Under the pieces are notes generated by a model. That model made no database searches, had not been told where the DNA came from, and saw only the letters and a program-made list of their open reading frames with translations. A program made the translations under genes and the position numbers. From contig NC_091283.1 of the NCBI RefSeq assembly GCF_032444005.1, positions 43,028,001-43,092,000 on the forward strand: a stretch of DNA of 64,000 bases. Direction: 5' to 3'. The stretch is from Ranitomeya imitator (taxonomy: Eukaryota). Positions 31,726 to 43,425 of the stretch are shown one piece after another; positions within the stretch are counted from its first letter, which is position 1, and every line of letters begins with the position of its first letter.

Positions 31726-33398
31726 TCTATATATAATTGTCTAAGGTCCATTTCCGTCTGTTTGTCTGTAATGGAAATCCCGTGTCGCTGATTGGTCACG
31801 CCCAGCTGGCCGCGACCAATCAGCGACAAGCTTTACTATTAATGCTGCCTATGCAGCATCAATAGTAAAAAGATATAATGTTAAAAATAATTTAAAAAAA
31901 ATAAAAAATCGTGCTATCCTCACCTTCCGGCGGCCCCCGAAGCCTTCCACATCCTCGCGATGCTCTCAGCAGCTCCGTTCCCAGTATTGCTTTGCGAAAT
32001 GACCCCAGATGACGTAGGATCACTCGAAACCGCTACGTCATCACGGGTTTTTACCGCAAAGCATCACTGGGAACGGACCTGGTGAGAGCATCGCTAACTC
32101 CTGGGCTGGATCTGGGGGCCGCTGGAAGGTGAGTATATAACTATTTTTTATTTTAATTATTTTTTTAACAGGGATATAGTGCCCACACTGCTATGTACTA
32201 CGTGGGCTGTGCTATATACTATGTGGGCTGTGTTATACACTCCGTGGCTGTGCTTTATACTACGTGTCTGCTATATACTATGTGGCTGTGCTATGCACTA
32301 CGTGGGCTGTGCCTGTGCTATATACTACGTGGCTGTGCTATATACTATGTGCACTGTGCTATATACTACATGGATTGTGCTATATACTACGTGGACTGTG
32401 CTATATACTACAGGGGCTTTGTTATACACTATGTGGACTGTACTTTATAGTATGTGGATTTTGCTATTTACTGCGTGGACTGTGCTATATACTACGAGGA
32501 CTGTGCTATATACTACGTGGGCTGTGTTATATACTATGTGTGCTGTGCCTGTGCTATATACTATGTGGCTGTGCTATATACTATGTGGCTGTGCTATATA
32601 CTATGTGGCTGTGTTATATACTACGTGGCTGTGCTATATACTACATGGCTGTGCTATATACTATGTGGGCTGTTATATGCTACATGGCCTGTGTTATATA
32701 CTAAGTGGCTGTGCTATATGCTACGTGGCTGTGCTATATACTTTGTGGCTGTGCTATATACTATGTGGCTGTGTTATATACTACATGACTGTGCTATATA
32801 CTACATAGGCTGTTATATGCTACGTGGCTGTGCTATATGGTTGTGTTATATGCTACGTGGCTGTGCAATATACTACGTGGCTGTGTTATATACTACGTGG
32901 CAGTGCTATATGCTATGTGGCTGTGCTATATACTATGTGGCTGTGCTATATGCTACATGGCTGTGTTATATACTACGTGGCTGTGCTATATGCTATGTGG
33001 CTGTGTTATATACTACGTGGCAGTGCTATATGCTACATGGGCTGTGTTATACTGTGTACTACGTGGCTGTGTTATATACTACATGGCTGTGCTATATGCT
33101 ATGTGGCTGTGTTATATACTACGTGGCTGTGCTATATGCTATGTGGCTGTGCTATTTACTACGTGGCTGTGCTGTATGCTACGTGGCTGTGTTATATACT
33201 ACGTGGCTGTGCTATATGCTATGTGGCTGTGTTATATACTACGTGGCTGTGCTATATGCTATGTGGCTGTGTTATATACTACGTGGCTGTGCTATATGCT
33301 ACATGGGCTGTGCTATATGCTACATTTATGTTTACTGAACAAGTTCTGTCATACAAATTCTAGAATACCGGATGCGTTGGGATCGGGCCACCATCTAG
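31726..33398 (+). mobile_element. Non-autonomous Helitron, copy B, head-to-tail with copy A
   Basis: TCtatatataattgtctaagg start; ccggat..atcggg hairpin, CTAG|T end; expanded atatactacgtggctgtgct minisatellite at 32190-33320. Confidence 0.82.
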
Positions 33399-34185
33399 TA
33401 CTGTATATGTGTGTGATGTATCCATATTGTGTGTGTAATGTGTACATATTGTATATGGTGTGTGTGTGTGTAATGTATAAATATTTTATATAGTGTATGT
33501 GTTGTGTATTGTATCCATGTTGTGTGTGTAATGTGCACATATTGTATATGGTGTTTGTGTGTGTAATGTGTACATATTGTATATGTGTGTGTAATGTTTA
33601 TATACTGTATTGTATATGTGTGTAATGTGTACATATTGTATATGTGTCTGTAATGTGTACATATCGTATATGTGTGTAATGTGTACATATTGTATATGTG
33701 TCTGTAATGTGTACATATCGTATATGTGTGTAATGTGTACATATTGTATATGTGTCTGTAATGTGTACATATCATATGTGTGTAATGTGTACATATCGTA
33801 TATGTGTGTAATGTGTACATATTGTATATGTGTATGTGTAATGTATGCATATTGTAAATGTGTGTGTGTAATGTATGCATATTGTATATGTGTGTCTGTA
33901 ATGTATGCATATTGTATATGTGTGTGTGTAGTGTATGTATATTGTATATGTGTGTGTGTAATGTGTACATATTGTACATGTGTGTGTGTAATGTATGCAT
34001 ATTGTAAATGTGTGTGTAATGTATGCATATTGTATATGTGTGTCTGTAATGTATGCATATTGTATATGTGTGTGTGTAGTGTATGTATATTGTATATGTG
34101 TGTGTGTGTGTGTAATGTGTACATATTGTACATGTGTGCATGGTTGTGTAATGTGTATGTCAGCATTTCATACACGGGCATGTAT
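33399..34185. repeat. TA/TG low-complexity satellite, right part
   Basis: Same unit as 29975-30441. Confidence 0.9.
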
Positions 34186-34638
34186 ATGAGAGGGTCGTTA
34201 TAGAGGCGGACACGTCCTGCACCGGGCAGAACCTTTTGTCATCAGTGTTTGACCCTGATTTTTATCTTTTTTTCCATATACCATCATTCACGTTACCCGC
34301 CACACTATATATGAACCTACAGTCACAAGGGTAAAGGTGAAGGCATATACAATCTAGAAGGAAGATTATATAAAGCGGTGGCTACATTATGATGGATGGA
34401 GCCACCTGCTTGGGAGGGGGTGTAAGAGGAGCCACAGGTACAGAGCAGCAGATGGAGGGGGTGTCGATGTGACGACATTCGCCGTGCACCCTGCCAGCTA
34501 TATATTCTGCAGCTACAGACACACTGTGCAAACTGTGGTCCAGCCCGGGGCTCAGGCTCTCTGCATCCTTCCTGTATCTGCCTCATCATAAGCCTGGGCT
34601 GAGGGAATACCACCATCATCAGCATCCGCGCGTCCATC

Positions 34639-34684
34639 ATGGGACCTGTGAAGTGTTTACTGCTTGCAGCTGTCTGCTTGCAAG
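34639..34684 (+). CDS. ccer2: Granin-family secreted Glu-rich protein (CCER2 position, chromogranin-A-like), exon 1 of 6 (gene 34639-53612, 356 aa)
   Basis: MGPVKCLLLAAVCLQ signal peptide; 46 nt, donor G|GTAAGA; TATA-like tatatat ~34498. Confidence 0.8.
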
Positions 34685-35189
34685 GTAAGAACTGCAGTCT
34701 GCCAAGTGCAATGTCCTCTGTCAGGGGAAGACCCCTCCACCTCCAAGGTGAGACCTGGATCTGCAGTAATACATGACCAGACTGGTATTACCAGTTATTA
34801 ATGCATGATGCTAAAAAAAATCCATTTACATTCCAAATATGTGATCTCCGTATAAGTGTAATCCTTCGAGGATATGTTTCCTATTCATAGATTTGGTTGT
34901 AGGTCATCAATTATACATGATCTATTCCAGATAACGGTATTATCATCCCTGGGGTTATTGCCTGCGTTCCCTGGTAATTAGGTTATTTCCATAAAATCCT
35001 ATATAAGGTGAAATGATGCAATTAATATAATATATTGCTGTACATAAGGGGTCTGCTGAGAGTTACATCAAGCACATTAATAATTACGGTGCCCACAAGT
35101 TCATATTGACTCCTGGTGACCATGCCATGTTCTTATTCTTTATGTTTGCCTCCATACTTCTTGTTCCCGATTCTTTATTTATTTCCCCT

Positions 35190-35558
35190 TTCAAAAACGA
35201 TCCATCACTTACCATAAATATGTATTTTATTAACCCGGTGTAAACGCCGCTGTTCTCCTGAATCCGGCGATGTTTTTCTTTTTTTCCTGCGCCTCTCCGT
35301 TCCTGAGATATGGCCTCCTCTTCCTTGTGTAGAAATCTAGTCTTGTTTTCCAAGTGGGCGTGATGCTCCGTTCTTCTCGGAGGATCACACCCAGTTGGAT
35401 AAAAAGACTAGATTTACATAAGGGAAAGAAGAGGCCATATCTCAGGAACGGAGAGGCCCAGGAAAAAAAGAAAAACATCGCCGGATTCAGGAGAACAGCG
35501 GCGTTTACACCAGATTAAAAATCGGCATATTTTTGGTAAGTGATAGATCCCCTTTAAG
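35190..35558. mobile_element. Palindromic T2-type MITE
   Basis: Mirrored arms gtaaacgccgctgttctcctgaatccggcgatg / catcgccggattcaggagaacagcggcgtttac; ends ...gatcccctTTAA. Confidence 0.8.
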
Positions 35559-35766
35559 TCTCCGTGCTTTCTTATAAGTCGGGTCTTTAAGAAGTAAAAG
35601 ATAAAGGTCTAATCTGGTCAGTTCTAAAAAAAATTCTGGATGATGAGGTCAAGGTTCTTCTCCATCATTGATTTGATCTCCAGAGAGGTCACTACCATAG
35701 AGCCTTGTAGAAGCCCCAGAAGTGTCATCGATATTGAAGAATTAATCTTTCTGTTTCGTTCTTTAG

Positions 35767-35813
35767 TTTCCACCATGCCCCTGTCCAGCCAGCTGTCCGA
35801 AGAAGAAGAAAAG
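35767..35813 (+). CDS. ccer2: ccer2/granin exon 2
   Basis: (V)STMPLSSQLSEEEEK|GTgagc, 47 nt. Confidence 0.82.
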
Positions 35814-36316
35814 GTGAGCGTTATGGATACATATCTATATCCATTATTTGGTAACACATGACTTACTCATTTATTATATGTGTAAAATATGAACACCGTC
35901 TGTCACAATACTTTACATGTAATATATCATACCTGTCACATTAAACGTGGCATCTAATTTGTGGGCAGCAGGAGATAGAGCAGGAGGAGCTGAGCAGATC
36001 GATATATAGGTTTGTAGGAAAAGATTCAGTTTAACTTGTAATAAATTCACTTAAATCTATGAACTTTATAAGCTCAGGAGTCCAGTGGGAGGTCTCAGTC
36101 ACTGAATAGGACCGCCCACTGGACACTTGAGCACAGAAAGATCATGGATTTAAGTGATTGTATTACCAGTTATACTTAATCTTATATACAAAAAATATAT
36201 ATCAATCTTCTCAGCTCTTCCTGCTCTATAAGTCTGTGTTCACACGTCAGTTTTTCTTTCCAGTTTTATGATACTTTTTAGGAGAAATAAAGAGTTCCCA
36301 TACTGGACCCCACCTA

Positions 36317-37967
36317 CAGTTAGGGCCAGAAATATTTGGACAGTGACACAAGTTTTGTTATTTTAGCTGTTTACAAAAACATGTTCAGAAATACAATTAT
36401 ATATATAATATGGGCTGAAAGTGCACACTCCCAGCTGCAATATGATAGTTTCCACATCCAAATCGGAGAAGGGGTTTAGGAATCATAGCTCTGTAATGCA
36501 TAGCGTCCTCTTTTTCAAGGGACCAAAAGTAATTGGACAATGGACTCTAAGGGCTGCAATTAACTCTGAAGGCGTCTCCCTCGTTAACCTGTAATCAATG
36601 AAGTAGTTAAAAGGTCAGGGGTGGATTCCAGGTGTGTGGTTTTGCATTTGGAAGCTGTTGCTGTGAGCAGACAACATGCGGTCAAAGGAACTCTCAATTG
36701 AGGTGAAGCAGAACATCCTGAGGCTGAAAAAAAAGAAAAATCCATCAGAGAGATAGCAGACATGCTTGGAGTAGCAAAATCAACAGTTGGGTACATTCTG
36801 AGAAACAAGGAATTGACTGGTGAGCTTGGGAACTCAAAAAGGCCTGGGCGTCCACGGATGACAACAGTGGTGGATGATCGCCGCATACTTAATTTGGTGA
36901 AGAAGAACCCATTCACAACATCAACTGAAGTCCAGAACACTCTCAGTGAAGTAGGTGTATCTGTCTCTAAGTCAACAGTAAAGAGAAGACTCCATGACAG
37001 TAAATACAAAGGGTTCACATCTAGATGCAAACCATTCATCAATACCAAAAATAGACAGGCCAGAGTTAAATGTGCAGAAAAACACCTCAAGAAGCCAGCT
37101 CAGTTCTGGAAAAGTATTCTATGGACAGATGAGACAAAGATCAACCTGTACCAGAATGATGGGAAGACAAAAGTTTGGAGAAGAAAGGGAACGGCACATG
37201 ATCCAAGGCACACCACATCCTCTGTAAAACATGGTGGAGGCAACGTGATGGCATGGGCATGCATGGCTTTCAATGGCACTGGGTCACTTGTGTTTATTGA
37301 TGACATAAGAGCAGACAAGAGTAGCCGGATGAATTCTGAAGTGTACCGGGATATACTTTCAGCCCAGATTCAGCCAAATGCTGCAAAGTTGATTGGACGG
37401 CGCTTCATAGTACAGATGGACAATGACCCCAAGCATACAGCCAAAGCTACCCAGGAGTTCATGAGTGCCAAAAAGTGGAACATTCTGCAATGGCCAAGTC
37501 AATCTCCAGATCTAAACCCAATTGAGCATGCATTTCACTTGCTCAAATCCAGACTTAAGACGGAAAGACCCACAAACAAGCAAGACCTGAAGGCTGCGGC
37601 TGTAAAGGCCTGGCAAAGCATTAAGAAGGAGGAAACCCAGCGTTTGGTGATGTCCATGGGTTCCACACTTAAGGCAGTGATTGCCTCCAAAGGATTTGCA
37701 ACAAAATATTGAAAATAAAAATATTTTGTTTGGGTTATGTTTATTTGTCCAATTACTTTTGACCTCCTAAAATGTGGAGTGTTTGTAAAGAAATGTGTAC
37801 AATTCCTACATTTTCTATCAGATATTTTTGTTCAACCCTTCAAATTAAACGTTACAATCTGCACTTGAATTCTGTTGTAGAGGTTTCATTTCAAATCCAA
37901 TGTGGTGGCATGCAGAGCCCAACTCGCGAAAATTGTGTCACTGTCCAAATATTTCTGGCCCTAACCG
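36317..37967 (+). mobile_element. Full-length Tc1 element (1651 bp)
   Basis: TA|cagttagggccagaaatatttggacagtgacac ... gtgtcactgtccaaatatttctggccctaaccg|TA. Confidence 0.93.
36676..37712 (+). pseudogene. Tc1 transposase (DD34E) with one 1-nt frameshift near the N-terminus
   Basis: ATG 36676 MRSKELSIEVKQNILRL; A-run at 36727-36740 is one A short; open from there to KGFATKY* (track ORF 36762-37712); WTDETK, MDNDPKH, DLNPIEH intact. Confidence 0.85.
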
Positions 37968-38766
37968 TATTAAATGGATTTCATCTTTCTAAAATGTCAT
38001 CATTTTGCATCCGTTCTATCTGATATTTTTTTTTGGGATGGACAAAAAAAAAGCTCATAGTCTGCAAAACTCTTTTTTTCCATCCACAAAAACAGGCGAC
38101 TGAACGGAGGCTTCCATTATTTTACAATAAAAGGAATCTGACAGCAGGATTTCATCACCCCCAAAACTATTTATATCGCTCTTTCATAGACATGTCCAGC
38201 AATACCTTCACATGGCCGGTCCGTTCCTTCATTACTGAGAAATGAGTGTTTGAATTGATATGCAAATGAGGCTGAAGGGCTCTGGTAGATCTGAATCCTC
38301 TGCCACTCCAGCTCTATGTCCCGCTCAGAGCCGCCTCCTCCTGCTTGACTGACAGCTTTTGTTCTGTGTGACATCAGGCAAAGGAGCTGTCAGTCAAGAA
38401 GGACAAGATGGCGCCAGGCAGGGACTAGAGCTAGAGTGACCGTTCTGCACATGCCCAGAATGATAGAGATCTTCATAGATCCCTCTAGTAAACACGAATC
38501 TGTTCAAAACAGAACAAAAATAGACGGGCCGGACACAAACCGGAAACTAAAGTCTCCATTTGGTATCCATTTTTATTTGTATATTTTGTCAAAATCTGAA
38601 AAAAAAAATTAAAAATTTAACCTTATGGCAAATTGATTTACAAGTACCCCCAATTGATCTAAAAAGATGTATGCAACACTCTGAATACTCCTAGGACTGT
38701 ATCCATCTCCTTACAAGCTCTTTACTGCAAGCACAGCCTTAGTGACGTCAAAGTGACCAAAACGTA

Positions 38767-40395
38767 TATGTGGGAACGGAAATTATTCAGACCCCTTTAA
38801 TTTTTTCACGCTTTTTCATTGCAGCCATTTGGTAAATTCCAAAAAGTTCATTTTTTTCTCATTAATGTACACTCTGCCCCCATTTTGACTGAAAAAAAAC
38901 AGAAATGTAGTAATTTTTGCAAATTTATTAAAAAAGAAAAACTGAAATATCCCATGGTCATAAGTATTCAGACCCTTTGCTCAGACACTCATATGTAAGT
39001 CACATGCTGTCCATTTCCTTGCGATCCTCCTTGAGATGGTTCTACTCCTTCATTGGAGTCCAGCTGTGTGTAATTAAACTGATAGGACTTGATTTGGAAA
39101 GGCGCACACCTGTCTATATAGAGGCTCACAGCTCACAGTGCATGTCAGACCAAATGAGGATCATGAGGTCAAAGGAACTGGCCAAGGAGCTCAGAGACAG
39201 AATTGTGGCAAGGCACAGATCTGGCCAAGGTTACAACACAATGTCTGCAGTACTCAAGGTTCCTAAGAGCACAGTGGCCTCCATAATCCTTAAATGGAAG
39301 AAGTTTGGGACCACCAGAAGTCTTCCTAGACCTGGCCATCCAGCCAAACTGAGTAATCATGGGAGAAGAGCCTTGGTGAGAGAGGTAAAGAAGAACCCCA
39401 AGATCCCTGTGGCTGAGCTCCAGAGAAGCAGTAGGGAGATGGGAGAAAGTTCCACAAAGTCACCTATCACTGCAGCCCTCTGCCAGTCGGGCCTTTATGG
39501 CAGCGTGGCCCAACGGAAGCCTCTCCTCAGTGCAAGACATTTGAAAGCCGCATAGAGTTTGCTAAAAAACACATGAAGGACTCACAGACTATGAGAAATA
39601 AGATTCTCTGGTCTGATGAAACAAAGATAGACCTTTTTGGTGATAATTCTAAGCGGTATGTGGGGAGAAAACCAGGCAATGCTCATCACCTGCCCAATAC
39701 AATCCCAACAGTGAAGCATGGTGGTGGCAGCATCATGCTATGGGGGTGTATTTCAGCTTCAGGGACAGGACGACTGGTTGCAATTGAAGGAAATATGAAT
39801 GCGGCCAAGTACAGAGATATCATGGATGAAAACCTCTTCCAGAGTGCTCTGGACCTCAGACTTGGCCGAAGGTTCCCCTTCCAACAAGACAATGACCCTA
39901 AGCGCACAGCTAAAATAAGAAAGGAGCGGCTTCAGAACAACTGTGTGACCATTCTTGACTGGCCCAGCCAGAGCCCTGACCTAAACCCAATTGAGCATCT
40001 CTGGAGAGACCTGAAAATGGCTGTCCACCAACGTTCACCATCCAACCTGACGGAACTGGAGAGGATCAGCAAGTAAGAATGGCAGAGGATCCCCAAATCC
40101 AGGTGTGAAAAACTTGTTCCATCATTCCCAAGAAGACTCATGGCTGTACTAGCTCCAAAGGGGCTTCTACTCAATACTGAGCAAAGGGGCTGAATACTTA
40201 GGACCATGTGATATTTCACTTTTTTTTTTAATAAATTTGCTAAAATTACTACATTTCTGGTTTTTTTTCAGTCAAGATGGGGTGCAGCGTGTACATTAAT
40301 GGGAAAAAAATGAACTTTTTTTAATTTACTAAATGGCTGCAATGAAACAAAAAGTGAAAAATTTAAAGGGGTACGAATACTTTCCATACCCACTG
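38767..40395 (+). mobile_element. Degenerate IR/DR-type Tc1 element
   Basis: ~220-bp inverted ends; transposase from 39163 (MRSKELAKELRDRIV) broken near 39555 and by a stop at 40074-40076; WSDETK, QQDNDPK, DLNPIEH. Confidence 0.9.
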
Positions 40396-41839
40396 TGTGT
40401 ATATATATATGGTGGTAACAAACAGTCTGTTCCTCAGACACTTATCTTCTTCTACCCTGCTGAGCTGTCAAACATCATCTGTACAGTTTATTCACTATCC
40501 AGATTCACCCTACAATAGCTTCTACATTCCCTGCCTTGGCTTTTATACAGGCTACCATAGTCTCTCCTGATTGCCTGTGCTGTACCACGTGATGTGATAT
40601 CTGCAAAGTCTTATGATAAAGTCTTGAGTTCATGTGAGCTTTCTCTAGCTGAGACAATCTTCTGCTTTGTGTAAAATGTCGTTTGCCATTTTTGGCAGGA
40701 CTTGTACATTACTACAGTCAATTTCAGGATGGGGACTCACAAAAGTCAGCGCAGTCTTCTTCTCTACCGACCCTGTCCATCTTTTCCATTTATAATATAC
40801 ATTATCTAGCTTGGCTGACCTGCAATACCAGATACAACCTGCAGATGGATGTGGCGCTGTTTTGAGAATAAATCACCTTTTTCTAATACCTTTTTAATGA
40901 CTGTTAGGATCCAGAATACTTTATCTCTGCCGTTCTGCTGTTTGTTTTGCCCTGAGTCGCTCTCACTTATCATGTTACGGAAGGGGATTGTCACAATCGA
41001 AATAAAGCCGTCGAGCTCATTGAAATCAAACAAAAGGTCGCTGTTCAATATTATCGACAAGCTGAACTCCCCGCGTCGAAGCGACAAGTTTTACAGCTGC
41101 TTAATTAGTAACTAAATCCTCCCGCAGACAGCAAACGGTGGTAGTACATGAGATATCGACAGAAGGGCTGCCGGGACGAGAGCTCGTTAACTGAGCGGAG
41201 ATTGTGGCTCCAGTAGATTAGAATTGGTTTTCTATGGTATATTGGTTACACTTCCGCTATTACATAGCTGCATAGTTAAAGGAGTTGTCCATGGATAGCT
41301 TTTTTCCTTAGAAACAGCGCCACTCTTGTGAGTAGGTTGTGCCTGGTATTGCAATTTTGACTGATTCACTTAGATAGGGATTAGCTGTAATACCAGAAAC
41401 AGCCTGTAAACAAAAGTGGCAGCAAATCTGCCGTTACATACTATTTGAACTGTTTCTTCAATGTTTTATGGCTTTTTCTCCCTAGCTCTATGACTAAGCT
41501 GTGAAGTGTGACGTCATCTCACTATCCAGATTCACCCCACATTTTGGCATTATAGAGGTAGTCCCTTATTATGGACCCACGACTATTACCAGAGCCCCCT
41601 CTATAGACAAGACATTTTAATGTCATTCCATACTGTGTAGTTAGATATTAATGATTTTATGTTATTCTGTCGAAAAATAGGTTTTATATTGAGGAGCTTT
41701 TCCTTGTGCTCATTGTCGCCCCCTGTAGAGGTAAGGGGTGAAGAAAAATTACAATTGTTCTTCATTAGTGACTTTTGGCTTTTTTTAAAGCCATTCAGAG
41801 GAATTTTTACTGTTTTTATTATATTAAAAGTGAGAGCCT

Positions 41840-42225
41840 TCTCCAATTGTCGCTGCTCTCCTGATTCTGGGACAGTTTTTCTTTTTCTTCTGTGCCCCTC
41901 CGTTCCAAAGTTATGCCCCCCAGTAATTATGGTGCAAATTTTCCCTTTAGCAAACTGGGCGTGGACAACAGAACTTCTATGTGGGCGTTGGCTTTTTCTT
42001 CTCTGACACTGACCAATCAAAACCCGGCCTCGCCCACAGTGAAGTTCTGCTGTACACGCACAAGTAGTTGAAGGAGAAAATTTGCACCATTGTTACAGGG
42101 GGCATAACTTTGAAACGGAAAGGTACAGAAGAAAAAGAAAAACTGTTCCAGAATCGTCCGAACAGTGACAATTGGAGGAATGGCTTAGTTTAAATTACAA
42201 AATCCAGTTAAAGGTCCCCTTTAAG
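41840..42225. mobile_element. Degenerate palindromic MITE
   Basis: Inverted arms aagttatgcccc..ggtgcaaatttt / aaaatttgcacc..ggggcataacttt; boundaries approximate. Confidence 0.65.
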
Positions 42226-42355
42226 AAACCAGCCTGTGCAACAAAGAATATGTTGTACAAATAATTACTCTTCATGGAGCTCAATATGGAACTAGAGTCG
42301 ATACATAAGCCCCAGATTACTTTTCTGGATTAATTATACCTTTCTGTTCCTCCAG

Positions 42356-42449
42356 GTCACTAGATGTATCATGGAGGTCCTGGCAGAGTCGTTGACTTCA
42401 CCTGGGCCAGAACGGGTCAGCAGCGGCTGCATCCGAATACTCAAAGAAG
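42356..42449 (+). CDS. ccer2: ccer2/granin exon 3 (Cys-loop domain)
   Basis: VTRCIMEVLAESLTSPGPERVSSGCIRILKE, 94 nt; two Cys spaced as in the chromogranin disulfide loop. Confidence 0.9.
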
Positions 42450-42819
42450 GTTGGGAGCCATCTTTTATTATCCATGGTCTCCACTTGCCCAAATCCTTGT
42501 TCCTTGTTTCCCTATTCTTTCCCACTCGCCTTCAGACTCTATTAGTAATGTTCTTCTATTGTAAGCTTCCCAGAGATCTGCATGGCCCCCACCCACCACG
42601 GGCCATTACTAACAATCATACCTAGCTATCTTGTATGGGAGAATTGGTCCTTCTCAGCAGCCAGACCTGGGTACGATAGCTGCACCCCTGATATTTCCAG
42701 AAATGTATGATCTTTTTGGGGTAAACTGTTCCTTTAGGGAATTATCATATTATTCTATAGAAAGATGTGGGGGGGTTTATGGACCTTCTGTTAAAGTAAG
42801 GATGTTTGGGCTTTTGCAG

Positions 42820-42888
42820 ATGAGCGTCTGATCGCCATGTTGCGGCACCAACATATGCTCAGAGAACTGGAGGATCTGACTCAGCGAG
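42820..42888 (+). CDS. ccer2: ccer2/granin exon 4
   Basis: (D)ERLIAMLRHQHMLRELEDLTQR, 69 nt; compare CHGA DERILSILRHQNLLKELQDLALQ. Confidence 0.88.
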
Positions 42889-43025
42889 GTAACTGATGAT
42901 ATAGCAAAAAGGGGCAGAAAAAGTATGAAAAAAATGATGGCAGAAAATTCTTCTGCAAATTATTAAAATGACGGCGGGTCACATCATTCTAGAAAGTAGG
43001 AATTTATACCAGGCTTAGATCTTAA

Positions 43026-43425
43026 AGGGAATTTGTCAGCAGGTTTTTGCTATTAAATCTGAGAGCAGCATAATATAGATCAAGTGAGCCCGATTCCAGG
43101 GATGTGTCACTTATTTGGATGTGTGTTGTACAATCAGTGTTTTACTATTATCACTGCTAGACTAGGTTTCACGTGCACAGTAGTCAGGCTAATCTGTGTA
43201 ACCCCGCCCCCACCACTGATTGGCAGCTTGCCAACAGTGTACACGGGAAGCTTCCAATCATGAGTGAGGGCGGGGTTACACTGCCTTAACATTCTATTCG
43301 CTGACACATTTACAACAGAGAAAGCAGGGATTCTATCAAAACTGCACCAAGCAGTCCAGCAAGTGACATATCGCTGGAATAAGGCCCCACACATATATAT
43401 ATATACGGCTGCTGACAGATTCCCT
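43026..43425. mobile_element. T2/Kolobok-type MITE
   Basis: TTAA|agggaatttgtcagcag ... ctgctgacagattccct|TTAA. Confidence 0.85.

Noticed and set aside
29900-34203. Cys/Tyr/His-rich ORFs
   Set aside because: Stop-poor translations of TA/TG satellites and Helitron minisatellites.
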